Below, piece by piece: positions 1 to 13,682 of a stretch of 64,000 nt of DNA (the stretch's first letter is position 1; each line of letters starts with the position of its first letter). Origin of the DNA: Harriotta raleighana (Eukaryota); assembly GCA_050575255.1 (NCBI GenBank), contig JBNZDD010013726.1:10260618-10324617 (forward strand), written 5' to 3'. The translations under genes were made by a program, and so were the position numbers. The notes below the pieces were generated by a model that was given only the letters and a program-made list of their open reading frames with translations, searched no databases and was not told the origin of the DNA.

Positions 1-1366
1 GTTAAGATGTGGAAAGCGCTATATAAATGTGAGGATTGTTATATTATTATTCACACATTTTTTTCAGCAACCATAAGTAGGATACTGAGTTCTCTTGCTT
101 TCCTCTGCCCGGGAGTGCTCAGGTCAATTATACCAAGGACGTTTGCAACGCTGGATAAAATAATTTAACAACATAGATTGAATCTGAAACCTTGCCTGAT
201 CTAATTCAAAACACTTACAAATATTCCTGTGTTTGGAGCAAACCTCTTGATGAAACAATCACTGTACCCTACCTCAATGTAAGTGTCTATATTTTCAGCC
301 ACCCATAAGAACGATGCTGAGAAGCACAGCTCTGAGCCACGAAGAACAGAGTAATATGAAGATGGATGAAAATTCTTTTGGTCAGTTCACATTGGAGTAA
401 AGAGGCAAGGACTTCAGAACAAAAAAGAAACAAATCTGTATCTCGGAGTGAAAATATATAAAAATCAGTGAAATAGAATGATGTTATGTATCATACCCTA
501 TTATGTCTAATGAATATCACAAGTAGAAATGACTAGAAAAGCTTTACTTTGTGAACTGACTTGCCAGGGTCCTTAATCGTTTTTTGTCCAAAAGTAGAAT
601 TCTCTCAACTGTTGCATTACAATTCTGTACTTAGCAGATTTATAAGGATCACTCACTGATGAATGATAAAAGTCAAAAACTAACCCTAAAAATCCTAGGG
701 TTAGTTAATCCCTAAATCCTAACTAATCCTAACCCTAAAAATAGTATATATTCCATAAAGAAAATGAAATTGGAAAGGACAACATTATTTTACCAATAAA
801 TTAAAATCCACAAGAGTAATGAATTATACTTCAATTCAGGCATCTAAATGAGACGATGGCTAACAAATTGACTAAACCACATGGGTTATACAGTTACTGA
901 TATTTTGTTAAATCAGAACACCATAATTAGCCTAAGAATCTATTCCCAATAGTAATTACAGCGTCTTACATTGTCCAAAGCTCTCCTAGTTCAGCCATCT
1001 GACATTATTGTTGATAAAGCCTGTTACCTTCAAATTGGTAACATTTCCCCATAGGATATTGTAGACCAAAAATGTTTTAAACATCACGCTTGTGCTGCTT
1101 GTGTTTGCTTCCAGATTAACTGTGGTAAACAGGCTCTTATTTGCAGAACTATGTGAAGTGAGGAAATTTGTCGAAGGTCTCATGCCACGAATTGTACCCA
1201 GATCCTCACACTTTCAAGGCAATTGCTCTAACCAGTACGCTACAAGACTCCACAATACATCAGAATCAGCTTTATGGATTATCATATTGTGCTCAAATGT
1301 CTTTAAAAAGAAAGACAAACAATTTAGACAGCAATAAAGGGGAGCAAATTTCCAATACCAGCTATT

Positions 1367-1660
1367 GGAGGTTTGCAGCTCAGTGGTTAGAGCATTTGTC
1401 TCACAAGCGAGATACTTGGGTTCAATTCCCAGGCAGGGCAAAACATTTCATTACTTCGTATGCCTCAGTTTACCTAGCGGTAAGTAGGAAGCTAGTTGTT
1501 AGTCAATTGGTGGATCACTTTTACAGGAGTAACAATTCCTTTTAAAAAAAAATAATTTGGTCATTCAATTCCACGATTGTTTATGGAACACTGCTGTGCA
1601 CATTTGGCTGTCGTGATTCACGCACAAAATATTGACAATTCATTTTGATGTATACTCTGG
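1367..1660 (+). mobile_element. tRNA-derived CORE-type SINE, long form, 3' truncated
   Basis: A box (gctcagtgg), B box (ggttcaattcc), CORE-like gcctcagtttacc, body shared with other copies. Confidence 0.85.
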
Positions 1661-1729
1661 GTGGGTTCAGTGGGCAGTAATTGGAGCAGTGGCATTCATG
1701 CGTCAGGTTATTCATTCTGGGCCAGCATT

Positions 1730-1975
1730 GGTGTTTCCATGGGGAGCAGCACAGATTAGCATTGATCCTGTCCTCATGTCCGCACAATAGTCACACAGGT
1801 TTGCCTTCCTTTCCAGCAGCAAGGTCACTGGAATCAGAATCCTGTCCGGTTTGGTTCCTTCCCTCGCCCAGGAACACCGAGGCCATTTGTGGCACTCGCG
1901 TTGGTGCTCTCGCTGAAATCAGTCAACTTAACCCAGATCAATGAGCGAATCTTGGCCCTCTCAAGCATGTGTGGC
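1730..1975 (-). mobile_element. Ancient SINE fragment resembling AmnSINE2
   Basis: Minus strand reads gttaagttgactgatttcagc...gccacaaatggcctcggtgttcctgggcgagggaagg...ccagtgaccttgctgctggaaag...gaggacaggat, collinear with the recalled AmnSINE2 consensus. Confidence 0.6.
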
Positions 1976-2494
1976 TTGATTCTATCAATGATGGCCAACG
2001 AAACAATAACACTTTTTTTTTTACATGCCTCCATAATTCGACAAGCAAGCCTAATATTGTTGAGTGTTGGCTCTGTGACATGTTTGTAGCAACCATATTT
2101 TCCCGGCCTAGCGCTTAATTGGGACAAAGAGCTGGAACAATCTCTTGAAAGGACAAGAGTGCTTCATGACATTCTTACAAACCACTGAACAGTTCTACGC
2201 TCATTTACAACTGTGCGGAACTGGGTGCATAATATACTCCTACACAGTACAGTCCTATGTATTGCCAGCATTCCATTTGTTTTCCAATGCAACGGAAAGT
2301 GTAAGAAAAATTGGGGTTTTAAACATTAAGTTTCTGCACCTAAAAGCCCCCGTGTGATTGGACCNATACTCCTACACAGTACAGTCCTATGTATTGCCAG
2401 CATTCCATTTGTTTTACAATGCAACGGAAAGTGTAAGAAAAATTGTGGTTTTAAACATTAAGTTTCTGCACCTAAAAGCCCCAGCATGACTTTC

Positions 2495-2893
2495 AACGAC
2501 AACAACTTTGATTTAACGCCCTCCACGCCGGACGGCGTCTCAGAGCGCTTCACAATAGCGGATCCCGGGACCGAGCCAGGGGCAGGGGTAGAAAAGTGAC
2601 CAAAGGCTCGGTTGAAGAGAAAGGTCTTCAGCTGGGACCTGAAGCTGGGAAAAGTGGGGTGGAGGGGCGAGGCGAAGGTGGTGAGGAAGGGAATTCCAGA
2701 GCCTCGGGGCGTAGTGGCTGAAGGCACGGCCGCCAAGGAGGATTCGGGGGATACGGAGGAGGCCAGACCCGATGGAGTGAAGGCAATGGCTGTTGGTTTG
2801 AGGAGAGAGGAGGTCAGAGAGGTAGTGGGGTGCGGAGGAGTGCAGGGATTTGAAAACAAGTGTGAGGATTTTGAAATCGATTTCCATCAATAA
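2495..2893 (-). mobile_element. 5'-truncated L2-clade LINE (ORF2 C-terminus, 3' UTR, (ttg)n tail)
   Basis: IDFKILTLVFKSLH..APHYLSDLL...GGRAFSHYAPRLWNSLP, then frameshifted FRSQLKTFLF; typical L2 ORF2 end. Confidence 0.9.
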
Positions 2894-3299
2894 TGGAAAC
2901 TGCTATCATTTTGCAATCCATTCTTTTCATAGTTTTATTGAAAAAAACACACCATGAATGTCCAAGGATTAAACATTCTGCCAAGCTACACTGAATTGAT
3001 AGAACAAGATCAGTGGGTTGGATGGCCCCCTTTTATTCCCATTTCCTGCATTTATTGGTTCATCATAAGTTGTAACAACAATCAACAATAACAAAATTAC
3101 ATTTGTATAGTACCTTTCATGTCGGAGGACGTCCCAAGGTGCTGAAAAATATAATATTTTTATAATTATTTATAATATCAAAAATGTCACATCACACCAA
3201 GCAAAGGGGTGTAGAAGAGTTTACAGAATATCATGTAGAATTTTTCAGCATCCACTGAGAACCAAGCAACCAAAATCAGAGTCTGTCCTATTTCGCACT

Positions 3300-3865
3300 G
3301 AACATTTCAACAGAATTGACGATAAGGTGACACCCATGGGAAAGGTAGATTATTCATTTTTAGATTTTCCATTCCTCATTACTGAAATTAAATTACTTCC
3401 CAGATTTGATGGGGAAACCAGGCAATCTAATTGGGATTCATAAGGGATTGTGGTTCCGATAAAAATATTTTCATATTGCATCATGTGATATGCCTTTTAA
3501 TATTATACACTCCCCTTTCCTACCAATCTCTTATTTCTATATTCAAAATAGTCAGGAAACCCAGAATAATTGCATCATTATCTTTTTTAAACTGAGAAAT
3601 ATTATTTCTAGCGATCAAAGATTCAGTTAAGAGCTGCACTGTACTAAAAATGAGAGTTTAGAAAAAAAAATGTACACTGGGGTTATTAAAACAGTTTCGG
3701 CTGTTGGCTATAACAACATCTCAGATTGAATTGGATAAACGTTTAAAGATAAATATTTGTATGTTTTGGGGAAAGAGCATGGCAATGAGATTAGATGGTT
3801 CCAATGGGGAAAATTAGGACCAATATAGGAATGATTGAATAGCCTCCTAAAGTGGAAACATTCTG
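3300..3865 (+). mobile_element. Degenerate CR1 LINE 3' portion
   Basis: gaattggataaacgtttaaag...ggggaaagagcatggcaatg...gaatagcctcct resembles the CR1 ORF2 end and 3' UTR. Confidence 0.5.
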
Positions 3866-4879
3866 TGTATTCAAAACAGCATTTACGTAATGCCTATCAA
3901 ACTGCTGAAGAAGGATGTATTCTCTCAACCGCCAAGCACTCTCACTGGCAGGAGGCAAGGACAGCTAGAGGCGGGGAAAACGCAGCAAAAAACAATCCTT
4001 GCATTTGATATAAAACCTCAACACATCTCCGAGAGGTCTCTAATTTACTGTAAAATTAAATGACTGCATATTTTGTGGGCGAAGTGGACAAAGTAATGGG
4101 CAAAACAATTGCACAAAAGTTAATTAATACAGTGTACACAATCAACGGAAATATGAAATTAATGTGCTCGCTTTTACAATTCTTCGGATTATTCTACTAT
4201 CCTGTGTCAATTGAGTCAGACAACTATATTCCTTGTATTTGCAACATTAACTGTCATGCAGACCTGCTTATTTGTTTTGCAAAATATTGAGTTTTGGTGT
4301 GGAATATTTTCATACATGATAACTGTGGGGGGTTTTTTGTAGCCAGGTTTTTTTAATTTTAAAGTTGAATTTAGCAACTAATTCACACAGAGTGCCCCAA
4401 GAGGGAGAAAGCAATACCATTCATTGAAATACTATTTTTCTGGAGCAAAAATATTTCCAAGCTCCAAAATGAAATTAGTTCATGTACTATAAAGGAAGGC
4501 CCTAATTCAACAAGACCACAGAATTAGATTCTGTATAGGCAGATATAGCTGTTCAATTATATATTGCGTGAAACACGATTAAAGATATGGGAAGATACAA
4601 TTTAATTGCTTAACCTACCACTTGTATAGCAATAAGATTTGCGTGTTGGTGTAATTAAACCAAGTAATTGCAGTAAGTGATGTATTTTAGATATATCTAT
4701 ATTAGTTTCCAAAACATTAGACATCACAAAAATAAGTAGCTAATAGATATAAAATTCGAGATGTTGAAAAGTTAAAATGTTGAACATCTGTACTATTGAA
4801 ATGATGGAACAGTTGCTGTAAAATTACGCGAGCCTGCTAAACTGGTTAAATATGCACAATGAAAATCATAAGATTTTCA

Positions 4880-5110
4880 GTTCAAACAAAAAGGATCCTT
4901 CGACCAACCTGATCTCATCCTTCCAGAATACTGGTCTCTCCCATCACAGCAATAAGTCCAGTGTCCTGGCTTCAACTAAGCTTGCTGGCAACCTGTACCA
5001 TCCATTAATTATTCTCTGGGTAAAGGAAAATGTTCTGATATCTGACCAGAAATTTGCCCTTTACCATCTGTGATCTCTCCTACTATCTGAGTGCATCCTA
5101 AAGCATTGTC
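4880..5110 (-). mobile_element. Degenerate CR1 LINE fragment
   Basis: ccattaattattctctgggtaaaggaaaatgttctgatatc is the reverse of a CR1 ORF2 C-terminal FFTQRV-like segment. Confidence 0.5.
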
Positions 5111-6315
5111 CCGTGATTACTTTTCAATCCAATTTAGCATTAGCATTGTATACACCTCAAAAAGTCTCCTTTGAGACACTAAGGAGACTAAGGAGCCCTC
5201 GCCAAAATAAAACACAGAGGCACAAGGATAGCTTCTTATGGTTCCGTTTGTCATTTATTAATCGATTAGAACTGCAAAACTCATTTACCAAAACCTGATT
5301 AGCAATTTGAAGTTGGCAATAAACTGCCATGAACAAAACATGAGCATGCTAGATTTGTTAGGAGGCAATAAATTGTAACTTAACACAGAATTTGCAATAG
5401 AGTACATTAATAACTGTCTCGGAAATATTGTTACGATAACAAAAGGAAATAAGTGAAAACCGGTGTGAAATAGTGATACACCACTCGAGGGATCTCATTA
5501 TTGGGATTAATATATTAACATATGAAAAACCGTGACAATCAATCTTTCGGATAATTATTACTGAACATGATAATTGTTATAATCAGGATAACGATCAACT
5601 AAAACACTTAGGATAAACCATGACAAAGTTATTTTTATTTTTGAAAACAAAAGCGAATTACATTTCCAGAAACAAATAACTGGATTAATTGCATTCCAAC
5701 ATATCATCCACACATGGATAATTAAAAAATAATTATCATACAGATAAAAGAATACGACTCCACTGTACATTTGTTATAAATTAAAGCTGCAGTATCCCTT
5801 TTTGCAAATACAATATGTATAGATTATTCTTCAACCTCAGGCTAATTTATTCAAAACCAAACTCAAATCTCTGTGTACGTTGCTCAGTTCTGTAGCATAG
5901 CAGTCAGTAGATTAGTGCATATCAAAAAAGTCTCAGGACCGAATAGTTATTTACATTGTTTCAACAAAGAAAAAAAAACAATGAAAGTTTTATAAAAGGC
6001 CAAGAAGTAAAGGAATTCTGCAACTTAAAAACGAGCATCTTATTTATAAAGGCAAAGCAATATTTTTGATGGAACGACACAAAATATTTGTTCAATTGTG
6101 CATTTTTGGTAGTCTCCAAAATATTATACAGTGTATGGGAAAACATTAACATGAACCACATGGGAAACTGTAGGAAACAGTCACTGCTCGGCTTGGCTGA
6201 ATGACTCTGGCTTCCTCACAACGTTCTACCAGCAATATCAACCTCTGAAAATTATTGGTCACTTAACGCCTTGGAGTAAGGGCTCACTTGAGCAAATGTT
6301 AATGAGGCTTAAGCA

Positions 6316-6655
6316 GAGTCATGTAGCTCATTGGTCACTCGTCTTGCAAGCGAAGAGGACCTGGCTTTGGTTCCCGAGCGAGGTGAAACGTTGGGGTAAG
6401 TTTTCTTACTCCACGCTGCCTCTGTTCACCAAGGAGTGAGTAATAACCCAGTTGTTAAAACAATTGGTGGATCGCTTTTCCGGAGGTAATAATTCCTTCA
6501 AAAAGTAATAACAATTTGGTCGCTCAATCAATTCTGGGACAGTGTGCACTGTTGGCATTTTAGTCGCAGAATACATAGTCAATTCACTTTACAGTAAGTC
6601 TGATATGTCTTGAAGATGTGATAAGGCGCTATATCAAATGCGAGGAATATTATAT
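6316..6655 (+). mobile_element. tRNA-derived CORE-type SINE, long form
   Basis: tRNA head, ttggggtaagttttcttactcc, gcctctgttcacc, tail aggcgctatatcaaatgc. Confidence 0.85.
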
Positions 6656-7399
6656 TTGTATTTTCTTAACACATTGTTGCAATACTTTTATACGTCAAAT
6701 TTGTTTGGCTACAAAACACAGTCACTACACACCTGACAGTATATCCCGTGAAGCGCTTTGGGGCATCCTACAAACATGAAGGGTGCAGTATGAACTGCAA
6801 GGATTATGATGATTTTAATCATTTATATGAGTGGATAGAATTCCTCCACTGAGTAGGTGAGCTGATAATGATCCATAATATGTCATTTACAGTAGAAGAG
6901 TCACAAAGTTACGTAATGGTCTCAGTTTTCCCTGTAGTTTTCAGATCTCGCAAGTGTTGATGAATGATACCAAATGCCAATAATACTGTATTCCCTATTT
7001 AATCATTGATATAGGTTTTTTCCATGCTAATCGGAAACACATAGCAGTTGAACTCCCCCATCCTGCCTGACTGCTGATTTGACACCAATTCCATTTCAGA
7101 CCTTTGTCTGTGACTGAACTTTAATGACTGTTAGCCAAAAACCACAAAGGATTCCACCTTTGATTTTATGTCTGCCTGGAAAGAACGTCACTCGTTCTCA
7201 CCAGTCTACTGCCCTTTTCTAACCCACTCCATACACTCCATGATTTGATCCTCTCAAATTAAGTTATTTTTTGAAGGAATCGCAAGTAATCAAAGCAAAA
7301 TAGAGAGAAAATGCTTTCCATCCTCAAGCATCTGATATGTCCAGTATACTTCCCCCTTTTATTTACTGTGCTTTTCCCCTTACCAAGTTACTCATAGCA

Positions 7400-10300
7400 T
7401 CCAAGATAATTAAGGGACATTTGTTGCGGAGGGGTGTAAACTAGCTGCAAGATGGTGGAGAGCAGTCAGAAAAGTCTACGGTTCATTTTCATGTAACCCA
7501 ACAGCTTCAAAATGTGTTCCAGGCAAGTTTGGTGTTTCGTTAGCTACAGTGGACACTATCAAAGCAACCCAAATTGACTCTGGAACAAAACCTGGGGCAT
7601 ATATGGGACATAACCTGAAGTGTTACCTCCTTGAATGGTTGCAGTCACTCGGTGACTATATGAATCGATCAGAAGTTTCTTCTCATCATAATTTGGCCTT
7701 TCATAAGCACTGCTGCATGCATCGTCGTAAAGAAAAAGCTAAATAATTTAAGTAGAAAACAAGCTGCCTTTTAAAAACAAATACATCAGCGTTTTACAGA
7801 CACAGAACAATATCCATGAGCACAACAAAGCATTCCACATTAGGTTGCCCTGGTTATTGTTAATGATAGCACACCACATACATACAAATGATTCAGTTAT
7901 ATATTGCACAGAAAGGCAAGCACTTTACAGGGAAGGCTAAGTACTAAATGGCAGTGTACACAGTTGTGTGCTTTCAGATTCAATAGCCTGTAGGTTCTAG
8001 TAAAGTTTGGGTGCACTGTTATCCACAGCTTACTTTAATACAGCAGTATGTTTGGTTTGATTATTAAAACACATTCATGCTTGATACAGTCCATGCTTTA
8101 TATACAAGCTCCCTTCTCTGAAACTGTGGCACTGCAGACAATGGGTACTTTAAATTGCAATAAGACATTCACAGGCATGACCAACAAAAAGAAACAAAAA
8201 TGTTGTAAATCAGTTGAAAAGGAAGGTTAGAGCTTAACCACAGATTGCCTACTGAATGAATACGAGAGCTTTAAACTAAATGGGGAGGTGGGGGGTGGGG
8301 GGGGGGGGCGGGGAGGGAGAGAATGGCATAGTGCAAATGTCCCATAAGGTATCATTAAGATTCTGCAAAAGAAGAAAAAGGCCTACGGTTGTTTGGAGCA
8401 ATCCAAGTACAGTAAAGAGATCAGAATATGAAAGGCATTGTATGTTTTTCACACAAGCTGATATGAATTGTTGATCCTCTCCACCCTGGAAAGCATTTTT
8501 AGAAAAATAGATTATTTTAGTCAGTAACGTGTGCTTATCTATTAAGAGACTGGAGTTGCAAACTTTCAATTCCTTCATAAGAATATTTGAAGATTACTAC
8601 GGATTGTAACTTACAAAACATGATGTACTGTGCTAGAGTATGATGAATTTAAAGTTATAGGCTAAGCAAATTGATTGAACAGTATTTTTAAAAAAGTAGC
8701 AAATTAGAATAAAACGTACATTGTTTAAAGTACCCTGAAAATGATCAGCAGAGTCTGATTATATAAAAGATGCAGTTGATAATCAATTTTTTAGACAAGC
8801 TATCCGACAGAATGGATTATCCGATCTGAATGCATCAAAGGTGAACTCTCTATCTCATTTCATTTATCTTTGCTTTATTTATATTACACAACATAAATAG
8901 CATTGGTTCATTAGAGTGGGATGCGTGACGTGCTAATTAAAACCTACAGCACTAATTGTTACATCAATGAAGAAAGTGACCACTCAATCCACTAACTATC
9001 ATTTGGTCCATGGGTGGTTAGAGGCAGAATGCCCCCTTCCCTCTCCAGCGTTTGACATTAGACTACAGGTTACAAAAACCCAATCAGAAATCCGTTATAT
9101 ACCTTGTATTCCATAATTCGCTGGAACTGTGGATTTATAGCAAGTTTCTGTACAATTCTTTCCAACAACAGGGATCCTAAAAACACGTGTTATAGATCTG
9201 ATTCACACTATTTACTTATTACTGTGTTAGAGTAACTCTGGCCTTGTGTAGAGTAATCTGACCAGTGCTGGAGGAATGATTGAGAACTTGCGACTGAAGA
9301 AAACAAAGGAACCAAAAGGAAATCTCCTTTTGTGTCCTGTTTAATAAAAACTAGAGTAAATTATTCTTTATCAATTGGAAAATTGCCAACTTTAGCAGTA
9401 AGAAATGCTTGGAAAATTATGATGGCTACGGCGATAAGAATGTATATATATTACGGTTAACTATTCAATTCAAATACACACTCCTTTGAAAAGTGTTTTT
9501 CGTCAATCGGAGGACATCTATTCACTCAAATTTACAATTTGCAAGCACAAAAGTATTGATTAGTTGTAGTATTCCTCAGCAGCGATGTGGAAAATGGTAC
9601 TCGTGGCATTGTGGAAGGGTTTAGAAATTTGGCCAGGGAAACCTCAGTGAGACAATTTATGCTGCAAAGCCTTTTAACCTACAAATCTAACTCTTGACTG
9701 CGATATTGTATACTACATGCACAAGGGACATTCACATCCTTTCATCATGTGATTTATAAATCTGATTTAATCTAAATAGAATCATAAAAGACATGCAGGT
9801 GATGTAATTGCTTCCATAAAGTAGGAATATCATGCTTGAAGTTTTTAAAAAAATATCTGGATGCATTCAGGGATCGAGCAGAAATGTCATTCTTTGTGTT
9901 ATTTCCATCTGTGTTTATTCACTGCTGCAAAGAGAGCTAACACAAATTAAAGAGCGTGCGTGAGAGTGCAAAGTGCACACTGTTTGGAAGAAGAAACAGA
10001 CTTGATGTGTGTGCTGAACGCTTTTCTTTTTAAAAAATAAACATCAACGTATATTTTCCGTTCCTAAAATATGAATATTGGCATATTTGGCAAGAGCACA
10101 AAAGACAGTCGAAAAGACACATTCTCAAAAGATTTCTCAGGTACGTACTCAATAACAGAAATACTCAGTATTGCTTAAGAAAATACAAAGGGTGGACAAT
10201 CTAATTCACCTTGAAGGCATGCTGATGGGTCGCATCAATAGGAATAATAAGACAGTTTGAGAACGCAACAAAATTTTAAAGACAAACTATGCCCAAACTT

Positions 10301-11791
10301 CTGCCGCACTTTTGTATTGCGACATACAAAGCTTGTTTTCTAAGCGTATTCACAATAGTCCGTTCATTTCCCACCCCAAATTGTTTTTTAAACGAATCAA
10401 TAGTGGTGTTCTTGCTCCAATTTTTAAAAACAAAAATAGATCGCACTTATTTTTTTCTGTGCTTCTGCCTCCAGTTGTATTTAAAAATTTAGATTTTTTA
10501 TTTTTATTTTCCCTTATGTTTTTCCACCCATGGGATCTCTAACTTAAATGCAAATAAGCCAGCTATGTCACAGCCAAAAAGCTGCAGTACGACATTAGTA
10601 CTGTACCAAAATAGAAAAATAACTATTAAAAGTGCTCATTTTTGGTTTCTTTTCAAAGCATAAGATTACAACAGAACAGGAAAGGAAAGCATCAGTACCA
10701 TGGTAAATTAATTTTCAAAGATTTATGAGTTACAGACAGGTTTTGTTTTGTTTAAACGTGCTCTAAAAAGTTGTATGTTTGCAAGTAACGGGCGTAGAAA
10801 TCCTCTTTTCCCCGTGGGTAAATGTACCACATTGTATGACACTGGCCTAAGAAAGGCCAGCGTTTAATCTCCGATGTCTGCTACAATTAGGCTTTGGCGT
10901 TTTCTGGTTATAGAGGGGGAAATCACTCCAGTTCTTGATTGTTATCCAGTGAGTGGATGTCAGGTTTGATCCGATCATGTCCTCGATTGAATAGTTCAGC
11001 AATCGTCACTGTCCAGGTTCACACATGAGGAAGTATTATGTGGGTGATTAAAACCAGCTACAGAAATCACATCCAAATATGAGTTGCTAACAATAGAAAA
11101 GTGGTACTCGATGGGGGAAAAAACCTGAAGAAAAGTTATATATTTTTAAGCGAAGCTGTTTGAAACTCTTGGAACAGTGTATTGACATACTAAATATACA
11201 CACTTTTCACGTAGGCCAAGAAAAATGTCAATAATTCATGACATTAAACTATTATAATACTGTAAACCTTTCATATAAAAATATATATTATGTATCACAC
11301 CAAACCTTTTGAAAATAATGCAAACTCCAATGCACAGAATATACTGTATTCACATTATGTAACACGTGGGGAAAATCAAGCAGTGTTGGTACTCCACAAA
11401 GCAAATCTTTTTTTTCTTCAGTAGAACCAATTAAACTTTCTGTACATTCAAGAATTAAAATGTTAACTGATAATGACATATAAGATGGTTTAAATAATAT
11501 TCACTTAGGAGTGCAAGAGAGGCGATAAGGTACTAAAAAATTACTTTCGTCAAAATGTTGACTGACTGAACAGTCACACACCATTGCTCCCTTATTACTG
11601 TAACCAAGGTATTTCAAAAGCGTAGTCACAAGACAATAAAAAGACCTTCGACTGATTAGTAATATTCTTCAAGACAACAAGTGCATAGCAAAATATAAAA
11701 TAAATTCTTGAGATAATTTAATGTACAAAAGATGCTTTACTGGCCCGTCAGCTAGCAATTTGAAAGGTAAAAAAAAGGTAAGGCAGACGTT
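7400..11791 (-). other. PTPRE: Probable PTPRE 3' UTR (end not determinable)
   Basis: Downstream of the stop, AT-rich, no recognisable interspersed repeat; minus-strand AATAAA at 10497-10508, 9914-9919 and 8874-8879, further copies at 5846, 5634 and 5254. Confidence 0.5.
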
Positions 11792-11866
11792 TTATTTGAA
11801 GTTGGCATAATCAGAGTGTATGTCAAGGTAATCTTGCACCACCTTGTAGCAGAAATCATACTGCTC
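11792..11866 (-). CDS. PTPRE: PTPRE last coding exon: [24 protein letters not shown]
   Basis: Acceptor tttctctttgcag; C-terminal SDYANFK (Grb2-SH2 pTyr motif in PTP alpha/epsilon); TAA at 11792-11794. Confidence 0.97.
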   Translation of the reverse strand, partial: EQYDFCYKVVQDYLDIHSDYANFK

Positions 11867-11987
11867 CTGCAAAGAGAAACACAAACACAACAGTCATTTC
11901 TGCAAAGAATGTAATGACACACAAATAGAGATTTTTTAGATCGGTTTGCAACTCTTTCGATGACAACTCAAATAGAAAATGCCGTAC

Positions 11988-12123
11988 CACTGTTTGCACC
12001 ATGTGGGGTCGTTGCATTCGTAAACTCTTAACAGTCTGGAAAACATCTAGAAGGCCTTCAGCTTTCACTCGCTCCAGAATGTTACTCAGTGCAATAAAAG
12101 TACCTGTCCTGCCAGCTCCAGCA
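11988..12123 (-). CDS. PTPRE: PTPRE coding exon 18 (D2 P-loop): [46 protein letters not shown]
   Basis: AG/GT boundaries, 136 nt. Confidence 0.97.
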
Positions 12124-13527
12124 CTGCAAAATAAACACATTCAAATTTCATATACCTTCACCGACTTTACTTGAGCGGATTCGAACACATGCTTCACAAT
12201 GTACAGTCGTTCCTAGTTTAATCTCTAATTTACAACCAGAAGTGAAAGAAACCAGCGTCACCAGGAATGCTTCCCTCGAAATACTTCACGTTGCATTAAA
12301 GCGATTCAGAAAAAAAAAGTCTCAAAATCAAAATGCTTTTAAAACTAAAAAAAAAAACCTGAGAGGGTTCCCAGCAGACAGGCTGAAACGTTAAAAGCCA
12401 CTTGATTCTCTAGAGCGAATAAGTAAAGGTGTTAAAAGTGTTATTTCCAGTGACCCAGTGGAAAATATGGATTTAACAGATTAAAGAAAGCTTTCCACAA
12501 CATTAAAGTCCAGATTTACCTTGTACTAATTGATTCTGGTTCTCATCATCCACTAAATTGATCCCACGGGACACAAACTCCACAGCAAATTGACGGAGGC
12601 ACACTCCAGTATCTCGTTTGTGCTCCCAGTCAGAACAGATTGAGCATTTCCAATTCAATCTCTAAGTAACAAGTGTAAAGGATGCGATTTCTGGGCAATA
12701 AACCACCCTGGCACAAAATAGCCCTGATTATGGAGGATATACGCTAAACAATAACAACATTACACTTGTATAGAGTCTAATAAAGCTGGCGATACAGCCC
12801 CCCCTCCCCCCCCCACCGCCACCATGGTTGTTAAACATTTACTTCAGGGCACTCAAGTGTTTTTACAACATCAAAAAATAGACTGAACAAAAGACTGAAA
12901 AGTGAACCATTCACAGCCCTGGGACCTTGTAGCTCATTTGATGGTTGACTTCATTCACCTGTCATACATCCACTGCATATTTCATGTGTTTTTGTTCCCG
13001 CTGACAGGCATCTGCAAACTTCAGAATCAACACTCGTGATAATGTCTCTTTATTCCTTCCGGTGTACCCCCTCCACTCCAAGGCCATCTTATCTTAAATG
13101 GCTCGAATGTGTGCTGTGATCTGATTGTACTGGCAATGGAAATCCTTTGAAACCTCACTTAAAGTAAGCCACTGTCAGCCACTGTTGGCACAGAGCACAA
13201 GTGTCCTAGGTCATTCAACTTGCTTCATCTCACAAACCCAGGTTTCCCTCTGCCTGATATTTGAGCAAAACTACAGACCCTCTTGTTGTTTCTCCATTCG
13301 AGAACGTGCTCTGAGACGCCACTCTGCACGCCGGGGGGAGCTACGTAAATGCAAGTCGTTGTTTTTATTGCTACAGCCGAGCTCGGCTGAGGCTGCCCTT
13401 GGAATTTCCACTCTCATCTCGAGTGAGATGAGATGAGGCTGCCTGGGGTTAACTAGGCTCCGGGTTGCCATTTATAAACGGGCTGATGTGAACTTTTGCA
13501 CTCGTTGGGTTATTTTACCCCGTTTAC

Positions 13528-13682
13528 CTGCAGTGAACGATGATGGGTTGATTGCCTGTCTGCTGCTGCTGCTTCTGGACGGCTGCTATCAAGTCGATCA
13601 TTCCTCTTCCTTCAGCCGGAATGCCAATCTCGGGCCAGTCGTGAAAGTGGAACTGCCGAACGAGCCGATTCTTCCTGCCTTC
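13528..13682 (-). CDS. PTPRE: PTPRE coding exon 17 (D2 WPE loop): [51 protein letters not shown](S)
   Basis: AG/GT boundaries, 155 nt. Confidence 0.96.

Noticed and set aside
1-7400. 3' end of a convergent neighbour such as MKI67 (adjacent to PTPRE in human)
   Set aside because: No plus-strand coding exon recognised in this interval.
8281-8320. G-rich tracts as functional G-quadruplexes (also 19835, 38608, 41350)
   Set aside because: Poly-G runs are common throughout the window, often within repeats, so there is no specific evidence of function.
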